In this document: positions 48,633-61,754 of the stretch, in pieces
How the letters are laid out: each line of letters begins with the position of its first letter
How positions within the stretch are numbered: position 1 is the first letter of the stretch
The notes under the pieces: generated by a model
The model's input: only the letters and a program-made list of their open reading frames with translations
The model's database searches: none
What the model was told of the DNA's origin: nothing
NCBI RefSeq assembly: GCF_033153115.1
Contig: NW_026889750.1
Span: 43,152,001-43,216,000, forward strand
Direction of reading: 5' to 3'
DNA from: Saccostrea echinata
Lineage: Eukaryota
DNA: 64,000 bases
Program-made: the position numbers and the translations under genes

Positions 48633-49128
48633 AACAAGCATTCTGAGAGTATTGCATGAGCAATACTAGTCCCCTACCGGCAGGTGTAATCTGGTTCTGT
48701 TCCCGTTAAGAATTGAAAATGCCATAATTCCGTCAAAAATTAATGAAGCGGGACAAAATGCAAACTTGATCTATAACTAATCAAGGTAAAGCCACATACC
48801 AAAAATCAGCTCAATATCTACAAGCGTTTAGAAGAAAATTGCGGAAAACCCGTAAAAATTGAAAAGGCCGTAATTCCGTCAAAAATCAATGAAGCGGAAC
48901 GAAATGCAAACTTGATCTGTAACTCATCAAGATACACTCACATACCAAAAATCAGCTCAATATCTGCAAGCGTTTAGGAAAAAAGTGCGGAAAACCAAGT
49001 GGGACAGACTGACAGACAGACAGAGGGACAGACAGACAGACAGACGGACAGACAGACGGACGGACAGACGGACGGACAGACTCAGAGTAAACCTATAGTC
49101 CTCTCCGGTTTCACCGGTAGGGGACTAA
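48633..49128 (+). mobile_element. Helentron-like non-autonomous element (family with 3 copies in the window)
   Basis: aacaagcattctgagagtattgca...tagtcccctaccgg, two ~147-bp internal repeats, (gaca/gacg)n, terminal hairpin ccggtttcaccgg. A truncated copy lies at 51829-52170 and an inverted copy at 54546-55020. Confidence 0.8.
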
Positions 49129-52100
49129 TAACTATATCTTTATGCAATATGCAAACAATGATCTTGTTCTGTTAGCTGAATCATTTACAGTAGAAAAACC
49201 CTTTACAGTTGAGGAACCGATATGTCTTAAAAGCAGTTAAAGGATATTTTTTTTATAGGTGTTGGTTGCTAGGAGGGGGAAAAACAAACACTCTTATAGT
49301 TATTTGGCATTTCACTGACAAGAAAATCAATACGGGAATTATAATTTGTTCACATCTCTGTGTTACAAGTATATACAATACAACATTCTAAAACATTAAC
49401 AACGTTAGTGTCACACAGTATGACTAAGCTTTTGAGATGTCCTAAGTTGCTTTACTTCAAATTACTTCTCTCTTTTTCGTGGTTTAGTAACACTCTCTCC
49501 TGATTTAGTTAACACATTCAAGAGATTTGCGATATTGTTTATCTTATGTGCCAGTTTTCGTAAGGATTAGGAGCATAATCGTAACAAGACATTAATTAAA
49601 GACTATCCAATTAAATATTGCAGTCATTCTTACCTTAATAGTTACAATGGCGGCCCTATTTTTAACAAGTACGGGGTTATTAAATACCAGGGTGGAAGTA
49701 TATATACACATCCACAAGAGTAGAATGCACACGAAATTTAAATGTTAGACATGAAAACATTTTCGTTAGTTCAATACTATTTATCCGATTTTTAAACCTA
49801 CCTAGTTGTTTGAAGCTCAGGAAAGCGAACCAATTCAGTTTGACATTGTAGTAATATTGTATTGTGTTCTAAGCGAGTTAACGATTTTGATTATTTAAGC
49901 TGAAAATGATAATCATATAGTGAAACCTCGTTATCTTGAACTCTAAAACTGCGAGATACCAATCCGAAGATTCGAGTTATTGATATTAAAATAAAGAAAA
50001 GAAACTGGTATTATTTGCGACTTCTAATCTCACCTCGACGAAGACTAGATAATCTTATGCTATACCCCTGACATTAGCATAGGCTTCCAGGCTAAAGTTT
50101 TGGGACCAAGTCCATTTCCAAGTAACTGTTAGCCCTACCTTGACCAAACTTGTGAAACACGCCGGGTATATGTGGTTACCATATTTTATTATTGGTATGA
50201 TATATAATAATGGTGAAGGCCTACAATATAATAATAACAAGTAATAAAATACCTAAGTAAGGGAGAAATCAAAGATCCATGTGTGATCTGTCACACCATT
50301 GTTGTTAACCTAATATGATAATATAACAGACCTTAAATGCATATTCTGTATCATTGATCAATATATTTTAAACTCTCAAACTAAATGTAAAAATAGCATA
50401 CCTTGAATTATAAAAACTAGTTCACCAGTTTAACAAGACTACAGTATATTATTTACTATTTCATGATATATGATATAATAATTATTTAACAGAATTAATA
50501 AATTTGATTATTAGATTCTTTCGTAAACAATGAATCTCATATGTAAACGTAAACAATCAACTCATTTAAGAATTCCAAAATAAACACTTCATATGCTGTA
50601 AATTACACATACAGGATACTTAATAGATAAATACTTACATACTTTGATAACTTCTGAGGCGATAAACTAAAATTTATTTTAACTTTTACGGACTTCAATT
50701 TCACAAAGCTTCCGAATCTCAGTATGGCGTGTCTTGTTATGAACAACCGACAACAAAGGAATAAAATTTTTTTTTAAAAGAAACACTATTATTTTATATT
50801 ATTGTTATTTTTAGATGTATATTTTAAAAAAAGAACTTACAGAAACCCCCAAAAAATAATTTTAACATAAAGTAGTACTGAAATAAGAATATTTTGATAT
50901 TACGGTTATTTAAATAATTTACGGTACATTGGTCGTATTACTCCATGGTCCAGTGGATAGGCAGCTCGCCTCGAAATCTAAAGGACCATGGTTTAAAACC
51001 AAAAATTATTTTGTCAAATATATAATTTTTAAATATAAAATACATTATAACAATTTCACCATATCACATAGGCATGCACACTACCTTAGACATGCATTTG
51101 ATGTTGGATCTGACCTACATTTTCTGGATTGGTGACCAGTTTAACGTCTTAGAATCTGCTCTATTCCACTACAAACATGATTTTAATGCTGCATTTGACC
51201 TACATTTTCTTCTGAGCAGTTCCTCCCCAGGTAAGTATCATCCCTATACATTATGTAGCTATCCTGACCTAACTTCTATGAATGGTTTTTCTTTAGATAC
51301 ACAGTGCCAGGTATTTTTTAGATGCTTCAGTTGACCTACATTTTCCAAATAAGTTACCAGATAGTATTTTGGGGTAGTAATTTTAAGTTTTACTTCGATC
51401 AAAGTTGCAGGGATGGTGCATGTAGGAAATCTTATTAAGAGTTCATGCTTTGATGCTGTATCTGGTCGATTTCTGAAGTAACCTGAAGCCTTCACTGACT
51501 TGCAGGATTGGATACAATTGTTATCTTGATGCTGCATTTGAGATAATTTTCATTTTCAATTACTGATCATATACTTATACAAACGTTCCACTGATTGCAC
51601 ATAAAAACAACTTGAAACTTGGAGAATAAAATATAGTAAAATGCTTGGTTATATTCACAGTCAAGTTATATTAGAGGACTCAAAAATATTGCTGGTCTGA
51701 TAGTTTATTTTCCTTGTCTGAGTTCATATTTTTGACTTATTTTTTTTTTGATATACGAGTATGTGGAGAAATTGAACAAAAAAATTATTTCTTTTGTAAG
51801 ACTATTGCATTCATTGCAAAACAGTCAAAACAAGCATTCTGAGAGTATTGCATTAGCAATACTAGTCCCCTACCGGCAAGTGTAATCTGGTTCCCGTTAA
51901 AAATTGAAAATGCCATAATTCCGTCAAAAATCAATGAAGTGGAATGAAATGCAAACTTGATCTATAACTCATCAAGGTAAAGTAACATACCAAAAATCAG
52001 CTCAATATCTGCAAGCGTTTAGAAAAAAAATTGGGGAAAACCCTGAAAAATTAAAAAGGTCGTAATTCCGTCAAAAATCATTGAAGCGGAGCGAAATGCA

Positions 52101-53834
52101 AACTTGATCTGTAACTCATCAAGGTACACTCACATACCAAAAAATAGCTCAATATCTGCAAGCGGCAGTGTGGAAAAATCAACCACGACTGATTCCATGG
52201 TGTCTCCTTGACATCAGGATTACTTCCGGACTGGTTGTTAAAATGGCAATAAAGAGCCTGGTATATGAACTATACAACTTACATGTACTTTTTTACCAAA
52301 CTCCAACCCCACCAGGTAGGAAAACATATTTTTTTTTATTTTCGCTTTTTATGTGATTGAAGAGTTTCAATGAAAAAAGTGTACTTTTCTCTACTTTTCT
52401 AAAAGATTCAACCAAAGGAAGGTATTCATCATCTTTCTTGTATTCCGATGCTATTTCCTGCAGGTCATTCACAGTATTTTTCTGGAAATGTATTATTTAA
52501 AGAATCATTATGTAGGAAGGGTATTAAAAAATTTCTCTCAGACCTTCATTAATGTCTTCATTGTCATATACTTCGGAGCATGGATCAACGATGTTCAGTT
52601 TGTTTCAGTTTTTTTCAATATCTTCCATTGGCTGGTCTAATTCTCTCCATGTATGATTATATTCCTGCATTTTTTTCTTGGATATCTGAACTATCAACAA
52701 GGTCAACAAATCTCTGATAGTATGTTTTCCTTTGTCCAATAATTTTCTTTTCTATATTTCATGGATGATACGAAAAAATTTCTGGGCTTTTTACATTGCA
52801 AACAGTGTATCAAATCTTGAGCACTGTCGTCTTGTCTCTTTTAGTTTTACCTTGACTACATTCTCCAGTGGATTATTTCGTCTACCTGATCAATACATAG
52901 GGTTCAGGGCGGGTGTCTCCGATCGACAGGGGATGCTTGCTCCTCCTAGGCACCACATCTGGAAATGCCAGGAATCAGTGTTTTATATTCTGTTCATAGA
53001 TTTGCATTGATTGTAGTTTTTTTTTTTAGATCAATCACTGTTCCTTTTCATTTGATCCATATCATTTTCTTCTCTCTCATAATTTTTTAACTGTTAAAGT
53101 TGGTTGTGCATTTTAGATCGAACTATCGATGTCCTATAAAGGGATACATAAACAGCCTAACAAATATTTTATATCTATTTTCATCTGTCTTTTTATTTGG
53201 TGATGTTGGTTTCTTCAATGTCGGTTGAGTCATCTGGTAGGCTTTGGACCTGTTTTCTACCCTTTAACATAATACTTCTTTTATTTTCTGGAGATGTATT
53301 AATAAAGTTTACTTCTTGTATGAATTTATGAATGGCATTTGAAGAGGATAGAAAACAATCCCCTGAACAAAAACTTCCACTTGGCTTACGAATTTGTTAC
53401 CAATTGCTGTCTGATGTCGAAATTTCTCTCTTTTGTCTCTCTGCAAACATTTCACAGCAAGGTACTTATTTCTCTTCTTGCTTTTGAAATAATACTGACG
53501 ATATGCATAAAACATGCGTATGCATCGAGAATGAACTGAATGTCCATATTTACTCTCTAGGCTTTAAGAAGAATAGGGTTATAATTATCTATTCATATTT
53601 CATCAATTTGTCTTTTCAAGAAGATTGTTGCAGTTCTAAAAGATGATCTAACAACATTGATGTATTGGTAATTAGAAAGTCCAGCTTATTAAAGGAATTC
53701 TTCAGATGTTTAATTCTGTCCTTTGTTCAGACTGTCCAAGCGTTTCTTAATGTTTTTCCCAATTCTTTTTCGCAAGTGAGTTAAGGCTTGATATAGAAGT
53801 TTAGGTGTTTCTATGCAAAAGAGCTAATAATTAA

Positions 53835-54411
53835 CGACGACGGACCTAATTCATTTCTGCAATAAATTTTTTATTCAAATTTTAATATGAGGTAAAGTGA
53901 CTTTTGGTGAGTTAAAATCAATAAAAAAAAAATTATATGGTCATCGATGTAGATTTTTAAAGGGGAGCGTCTCAAAAGATAATTACTATAGGAAGTAATG
54001 GGAAATTGCCAGTGTAGGGTATAAGAGTGATCATTGAAAAAAATTCTGCAATAGAATTTTTATTCATATTAAAGGACAATGTTAACTAGACAATTTCTCA
54101 GCAAATTACGCAGAAAAATAAATGGGTATTCAGCTTAGATTTTCAGAGGGGCATGTCAAAGGCAGGTGTAGGGCACATTTTGGGTGAAAATTTCAATGAA
54201 AATACCTTGGCCAATTAAATCATTTATTTATAAAATTAACTAATGAATATTAATCGAAATATTTACAAAATTAAAACATTTGAATATCTTTAAAAGAATT
54301 AAAAATGTATATTTTTTATCTTTTGCAATACACAATTAAGTCAATTTGATTGAAGTCACATGCACGGTTTTCTGCGCAGTGGCTCGAAATTTCGAATTGG
54401 GCCCGTCGTCC
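53835..54411. mobile_element. TTAA-target MITE (Kolobok-like non-autonomous)
   Basis: TTAA|cgacgacggacctaattc...gaattgggcccgtcgtcc|TTAA; an empty-site paralog of the flanks lies inverted at 57143-57219. Confidence 0.75.
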
Positions 54412-54545
54412 TTAAAACGCGCAAGAGGTATATCTTTTTACAGAGAAAGTTTAAATACATTTTCTCATGCATACGCAGTACCCACGACATGTTATAGCCA
54501 GTATACATTATGACCTCATTTTGACGTCATCAACGTTAAATCCCT

Positions 54546-55020
54546 TATTAGTCCCCTACCGGTGAAACCGGAGGGGACTTTAGGTTTCCTCTAAGTCTGT
54601 CCGTCCGTCCGTCTGTCTGTCTGTCTGTCCCTCTGTCCGTCTGTCAGTCTGTCCCACTTGGTTTTCCGCACTTTTTTCCTAAATGCTTGCAGATATTGAG
54701 CTAATTTTTGGTACGTGATTGTATCTTGATGAGTTACAGATCAGGTTTGCATTTCGTTCCTCTTCATTGATTTTTGACGGAATTACGACCTCTTCAATTT
54801 TTCAGGGTTTTCCGCAATTTTCTTCTAAACGCTTGCAGATATTGAGCTGATTTTTTGTATGTGACATTACCTTGATGAGTTATAGATTAAGTTTGCATTT
54901 CGTTCCGCTTCATTGATTTTTGACGAAATTATGGCATTTTTCAATTTTTCACGGGAACCAGATTACACTTGCCGGTAAGAGACTAGTATTGCTAATGCAA
55001 TATTCTCAGAATGCTTGTTT
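54546..55020 (-). mobile_element. Helentron-like element, inverted copy of 48633-49128
   Basis: Reverse-complement match including the (gtcc/gtct)n microsatellite and the terminal tctcagaatgcttgtt. Confidence 0.8.
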
Positions 55021-56135
55021 TAAAAGGGCCAAAGTTTAGGGACCCCCTTTCCTTCAACTGGCGTCATAATTCTATAAGTATTATGAATTCTGTGAAATAT
55101 TACGCCAGGAGATGGGCCAAACACGAAAAAGAAGACCTTGACACTTTGTCAGAATGGATTAAGAACACCAGATGGATGTTGAAATCTCGCATTAAGCGAT
55201 TGAAGGGCTGTATGAAAACTTTTTATCCTTCTGTCTTTAATAATTCAGAAGTGAAAAAGGAATTAGATATATTACACGATCAGTATGTACTGGTCCAAGC
55301 TGATAAAGCTGGTAACAACATAATCTTTGTAAGGCTCACTATTTCAATTGTACTTTAGAGGAACTAGGATTTAATTCTACGTGTGGAAATCCAACTTACA
55401 CCCATAGCTCCCTTTCTAAGGAAGAAATTTTTCAAAATCATATGTCCGTTTTAGATATTTTTAATATTCCCAACAACCAAAGTGAATTTGAATTACCATA
55501 CATTTTACTAAACAAGGCAAGCTATTGACAAACAAGTTGATGAAACAAGGATATCAAAAGTCTCGTTTGAAGACATCATTTCGCAAGTTTTACGGTCGAT
55601 ACAATGATCTTGTCAGCACATACAACCTATCGTTGAGTCATGCTGACTGACTTTTATCATACAATTGTCAGGCCATTATTTATACACTGAACTGTCGACA
55701 GATGTTTCCGGTTTTTTCCGATCATGATAAGGAGCACACGGCGGGTGTGACCGGTCGGCAGGGGATACTCACTCCTATATGGCACCTGATCCCACCTCTA
55801 CATTTTGAGGTCCGTGTTTGCTGTGTTCCAAATTTGTATTGTCGTTTTACTGGACTTTCGAGATTGACTACTGTTCGTTATCTTCATATTTCATTAAGTC
55901 AATTTCTGACTGACGTTTTTCATACTAATTGTTAGGCCATTTTTTTCATACTGAATTGTCTACTGATTTTTACTTTTTTTACCGATCAGGACAAGGAGCA
56001 CACGGCGGGTGCGACCGGTCGGCAGGGGATGCTTACTCCTCCATGGCACCTGATCCCACCTCTGATGTTTTAAGAGGTCCGTGTTTGCACTTAATGGACT
56101 TTGAGCTTGAATATTGTTCGTTATCTCCATATTTC
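55021..56135 (+). mobile_element. Internally deleted Penelope-like retroelement with a tandemly duplicated 3' tail
   Basis: KGPKFR...LHDQYVLVQADKAGNNIIF (PLE N-terminal 'DK' motif) joined directly to the RT C-terminus (also seen at 3620-3790). Two tandem tail copies at ~55645-55905 and ~55905-56135, pseudo-LTR-like. Confidence 0.75.
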
Positions 56136-57111
56136 ATACACGCAAAGTTGCAGTTAGCCACGAAACTATCTCTATACCATATTTGGAAGCAGCATGTGTA
56201 GATGTATATAATAGACCTCTCGCTGCATTATGAAATTTCTTTTTGTAATCAGATTCTCCATAGTGCCTCACAGCCGAAATTTGGTTGAAATAGTGCCTAC
56301 TTGGCGTAAAACAACAATTAATTATTAATGCATAGTGCATCTTTACGTTTTCAGCACACTTTTCCTTTTATTCTAAAATCCTTGTCTTTTCTTTTGTTCC
56401 TTCTGTGTATTTTTTTCTTTTTCATGATTTGCTAATGACAAACGTTTCCTTTCTTTTTCTTTTTACTAAAGTTCACCACGCATTCTTAACGGTTATTTAT
56501 GTTTAGGTTCTGTGCCTTTTTGTGACAGAGGAGGTTTTGCCTTATTCTCCGTTTCTCTTGTTCAGTATTAAGTCTTATGTGTAGTTTATGATTATGGACT
56601 TAATTATGCACTTTTTTTAGTTGACCTGTTTTTATATTCCTATGAAGCAGAATTTATTCATTAGAAGACACATGAGAAGAAGAAAATACTTGCTGTGGCC
56701 TTCCATTTAATCCGAAATCTGTTGGCTGCCTTTAAACCAAATTTATAAAGATAGTTTTTGTGTTGTGCAATTTTTCTCAGTACATCAGTACATGTGGGGC
56801 TTTATCTTGCAATTGGAAACAGTATGTGTATCTGCCGTGAAATAACCTGAATATGAAGTATATTAGAAAAGTTCATTCTTGACTAGGACGTTTGGCACTA
56901 AGAGTTGACAAAACGTGTCTCAACGTGATTTTGATAAAGTCTTCACTTCTGTTGAAACACTGGAGAGAAGAAAATTTCTGAATGGACGGGCCGGGAACCC
57001 GGTACCCTTGCATCACTAGTCAGGTGCTCTAAACATTGAACTACGGACGCAGAAGGTATATATAGTGCAAACCATTATACTATGCACTGGGAGAAAAGTT
57101 AAGATTATGAT

Positions 57112-57145
<34 letters not shown>

Positions 57146-57364
57146 TAAACTTTCTCTGTAAAAAAGATATACCTCTTACGCGTTTTAATTAGCTCTTTTG
57201 CATAGAAACACCTAAACCTAAATTATTACGAAGTTCCCTTAAAAAGAATTATTCACGCATTTGTCTGATAAAAAATAATATTTGGCTCCAGTCTTTGGCA
57301 CCTTTTTTCAGCTCTTCAAAGTCTTTTTATCTAAATATTTTGGATTTCCAACCTTTCGGCAAGA

Positions 57365-57408
57365 GCATCACTAAAGAGACATAATTTGTTGAAATGCGCA
57401 TCTGGTGC
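57365..57408 (+). ncRNA. Degenerate minimal type I hammerhead ribozyme (Penelope-associated type)
   Basis: Stem I gcatca/tggtgc; core CTAAAGA (canonical CUGANGA with one substitution); stem II gaca/tgtt; GAAA; palindromic stem III tgcgca; UC cleavage site. Confidence 0.65.
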
Positions 57409-57807
57409 ATCAAAATTGGAACCCTATATGATTTCCATGAATAATACTTAACAAACTACTTTTAAAAATCATCAATCAACCAAAAAGAGTTATGACTCTT
57501 TTTATATTGTTAGAGAAATAAAAATGAAAAAATAGCAAATTAAAATCATGGCAACAATGGAAGTTTTATTTATAACTGAAATTAATTATGATTTATACAC
57601 AAATGAATTTGTAAATTAAGTTAATTATGTTATGAAAGAGGACATAAGTGTTTTATGTAAATAAGCTATATATCACCTAAATTGCGTGAAGTAATTATTG
57701 AAGATAATTTATTTGTTTGCAATAAACAAAAATTCCTGTTTCTCTGCTTTGCGAGATTATGAAGACTTTATAAATTACTCCTTTAGGTGTTACAGAGAAC
57801 AATTTAA

Positions 57808-58755
57808 TAGCCATTCTCTGTAACCACTTAAACTTTTGTGGCACGCATAGTCACAGATTTTTTTCAAATTTGGCTAGAATTTACCACCTCATAAACTACT
57901 CCAAAAAATATTGTTAGATCATATGAATGTTGAGTAGTTACCATGGAAATGGTGTCTAAAGTTGATTTTTTCTGAAAAAATGCAATTTTTGGGAATGTCA
58001 ATCAATGAAATGCGGCTACTTCAATTCATGTTACTCACAGAAATAAAAAGTATGGCATCTGATTTTAAAAGGCCATTAAAAACATTGTTGGTATTCGGTC
58101 TATAAATATAAGAAATCTATGATTAAAATAGCAGACATTCATTTAAAAATTGAATTATCCCCCTTTGATAATTGTGAGCTCTTTAGTGCGAGAGATAAAA
58201 AAATCATTGGACAAAACTGACTGGAAGTTGTTTACATTATCAACATGTATCCTGGATTTCAAGTAAAATCAAGTGGTTTTTTCTGTTTATTTAATGTGCA
58301 TAAAAATTTTAACCTCTTTATTTATTTCCTGCATGCAAAAGAATAATTTTGTTGAGTGAACAGTGGCGAAATGTAAAAGACCATATGACACAGGAAATCA
58401 GCTCTGTGCACATTCATGATATTGAAGCCTAAGCCTCGACGTCTTAGGAGTTTTAAAATGGAGATAAAAGATAAACTTGAGATATCAGAATTATATTGAA
58501 TTGGTTGTAAGAAGAGGTACAATGTCTCAGTCAGAGTGATATATTATAATGAATACAGCCTTGGAAAGTCAGTACCTTTTTAAAACAAATGTGGGAAAAA
58601 AAACTGAATTATAATGTGAGAGAACTAGGCTATTGATTTTACCTAAATAACAAAGTCAAGCTACATTTATATGTTTGTACAGAACTGGAAGTTGAAGTTT
58701 ATATTGAATGATGTATGTAAGTTGATGTCTGTCATTAAAGGGATGACCATTTGAT

Positions 58756-58786
<31 letters not shown>

Positions 58787-59654
58787 GGGGGAGTTTACAG
58801 ATTTTAGAAACTAAAGTCCGTTCTTGAAAATGTTGAAAACAAATAATCTGTCTTCAACTGGCAGGAAAATAAATAATCCATCTTTGATAAGTGCTACAAC
58901 CTCCAACCCAAAGGCACTTGTTTGGGTAATAATTTTTTAACCCATATTATAATAAGTATTATTATTATACTATGGGTTAAAAAAATTATTCCGGAAACAA
59001 ATGCCCCCCCCCCCCCCCCCCCGAAATAAAGTTTGGGCGTTTTCCCTTGGGGCGGGATGGATTGTTTATTTTATTTTCAGACTTTTTCAGTGAAGAAAAA
59101 TACATAATCTGTCCTGGATCATATTGGAAATAAATAATCTGTCCTTCAATTCCATGAAAATAAATAATCTGACTCGGAAAAAATTTGCCGCCCCCCCCCC
59201 CCTTCTGAATCAAATGGTCGTCCCTTAACCAATAGTCAACGCAGTCATATTATGCAGTTTTAAACAGAATTTATGTCATTCATAATTTACAATTTTTATA
59301 TAGTGAGTGTTTTCACTTGATAGGATTTGCTACATTTAAAGTATAAACTGATACTCTTTACACCCTCATCCTAAAATTAAAGAATGTAAAAGTATAATTT
59401 ATCTCTATTTAAAGGCTACATGTAGAAAACAATCCACACCTAAAAACCCTGTTTTACTGAGGGATGTAACAGAAAACTCAATCTTTTTAATACTACTGTT
59501 TGCCTTTATCTGTATCTGATTCAGAAAAAAAAGAGAAAAGTTATCTGTGTATATTTCAGATTTGAACTTTTTATTTAATGACTTTGAAAATATTTACAAA
59601 GAAATTGATAATGTTCCTGATCCAAGTATTTTCTTTAAGGGAACGGTTTTTATC

Positions 59655-59698
<44 letters not shown>

Positions 59699-61504
59699 AG
59701 AATAAAAAAAAATTGTTAAGGTCAGTAATGAAAATGTTTTGTTTTGTAACTGATTCCTTTCGACCAGTGAAAATTATACTTTTGATTTTTTTTTTTGGGG
59801 GGGGGGGTGTGTGTTTGCATAGAAATACAAATTGTCTGAATCATATTTAAAGTGCTTTTATATGGTTCCTGGAAGGGATAGAGTAAGTCCTGGTCATTGG
59901 TTACTTTATCATGTTCATTTTAAAAAATGAAAACCGTAGGAAGAAGGCAGGGACAAATTATTTTCAATATTTTCAAGGACTCAAGTTAAATGCTATACTA
60001 ACAAGCTAATTCAGAGAAGCTGTGTCCCCTGCTTAAGGAAAAAAGAGCATGTACGGATCTTAAGGGGTGGGGTCGGAGGATGGTGCGGTTGGGGGGACGG
60101 GATACTTTAAGAGTTGCAGGCGGGACCAAAGGGAGTTATGATATAAAATTTCATTGCAAAAGCTTAAATGCTTCTTGAGATGTCGCACGGAAATGAAAAT
60201 TTTACACACAAACAGAATGTATAAATTTTGACCTTGACCTTTGACCTTTTGAACTCGAAATCAATAGTGGTCTTCTTTAGGCCATAGGAAGTTTCAGTGT
60301 AAAATTTCATTGCAAAAGCTCGAAGTTTTTGAGATATTGCGCGGAAATAAAGTGTTAAAACAGACAGAATTTATGAATTCATGACCTTTACCTTTGACCT
60401 TAAAATCAATGGGGGTTTTCCTTAGGCCACAGGGAGTTGTTATATAAACTTTCATTGCAAAGGCTCAAAGGCTTCACGAGACATCGTGCAGAAACGAAAG
60501 TGTTGCAGAATGACAGATTGACAGACGGATAGACGTCACACAGACCTAAATAAATATCCCCCACTTTAAGTGAAAGCAGGGGACAAAAAGGCAAATTTTA
60601 TATACCATTGTGTCCTTGAACTTTGACCTTCTGTCCGTATTTACCAATTCATGTGATGCTAGTTACATGTATTGTCCACCAGAACTGTAATTTTGTTTAT
60701 TCATAATTATGTTGTATAAAACACAAGTATTAGTTATGGCATTGAAAAAATGTGCTTAGTTTCCTTACTTTTCAATCTAAATCGAGCCATTTTGGCCTTG
60801 ACCTTTGACCTTTTGTTATGAAAATCGATTTTTTTTTCTTTGTTTTTGCTATTGTGTACTACATGTACAAATCTAATTTTAATCCATTTTAAAATACTCA
60901 GGTATTTATTTGGAAACTGATAGTAGATACCTTTTGCCCTTGTCTGGAATTCTTTAAAAAAGCATTAGTTTGTAACCATGGTAACATGAAAACAAGATAT
61001 GAATACCAAGTGGTTCTTTGCAGTTTATATTACAACTATATATGGACTTTCAAACCAATGTATTTATTTTTTCCAATATGTCCGCAAAAATTTATACCAG
61101 GCTTTTCAAAAGAGCCTAAAATCTACAATTTTTCCTTAGAAAAATCATACTTAAAAAGGGGGGATATTTTTTCTATGAGGTTAAGTTACTCAAATACTAG
61201 AAATTATCCAAAGAACTATAAAAATCATGTATTTTGACAAAAAGATAAAGTCATGTAAATATCTTGTTGTATTAAAGACTTTTAATTAGTCAAAAATGGT
61301 CATTTTTCATCAAAATTTAGCATTTTTTAGGCCATGAAAAATGTATGTTGGTTGCCATGGTAACCATTGACCATAGCAACCATTTTATTATGAATTTTAG
61401 TTTCATACATCATTATAGGAATGTGTGCCAAGTTTCATAAAAATCTAAGACCTAGCGTGCCACACTCCCTATATAAGAGTTTAAATGCTTACAGAGAATG
61501 GCTA
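57808..61504. mobile_element. 3.7-kb non-autonomous DNA transposon with long imperfect TIRs (Academ-like TAG...CTA termini)
   Basis: TTAA|TAGCCATTCTCTGTAA...TTACAGAGAATGGCTA|TTAA; inverted similarity extends inward (gtggcacgc...agattttt). Contains nested elements. Superfamily assignment is tentative. Confidence 0.7.
58739..59225. mobile_element. Nested MITE (TAA TSD, PIF/Harbinger-like termini)
   Basis: TAA|AGGGATGACCATTTGAT...ATCAAATGGTCGTCCCT|TAA, with subterminal G/C tracts. Confidence 0.7.
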
Positions 61505-61548
61505 TTAATTTTTAAATTATAACATATTATTGATACCGTAGTTTAATA

Positions 61549-61754
61549 CTGTAAACCAACTTTTTTCGCATGCGAGAAATATTCGCTAGTTTCGTGGCCT
61601 TCTTCAACTCGCGAATATTAATCGCTGCGAATCATTTATTTTGCTTTGTTTTTGTATAGAATAATTCCCAGGTTGTGAAAATTAATCGTTGCGTATTGAT
61701 TTCAAACTGACGAATTGCGAATAAAAGATGACGCGAATAATAGTTGGTTTACAG
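61549..61754. mobile_element. TA-target MITE
   Basis: TA|CTGTAAACCAACT...AGTTGGTTTACAG|TA. Similar small TA MITEs lie at ~13782-13950 and ~25098-25272. Confidence 0.75.

Noticed and set aside
52380-53780. Purine-rich coding-like sequence on the minus strand, possibly a decayed coiled-coil gene
   Set aside because: Multiple stops and frameshifts with no identifiable motif; not supportable without a homology search.
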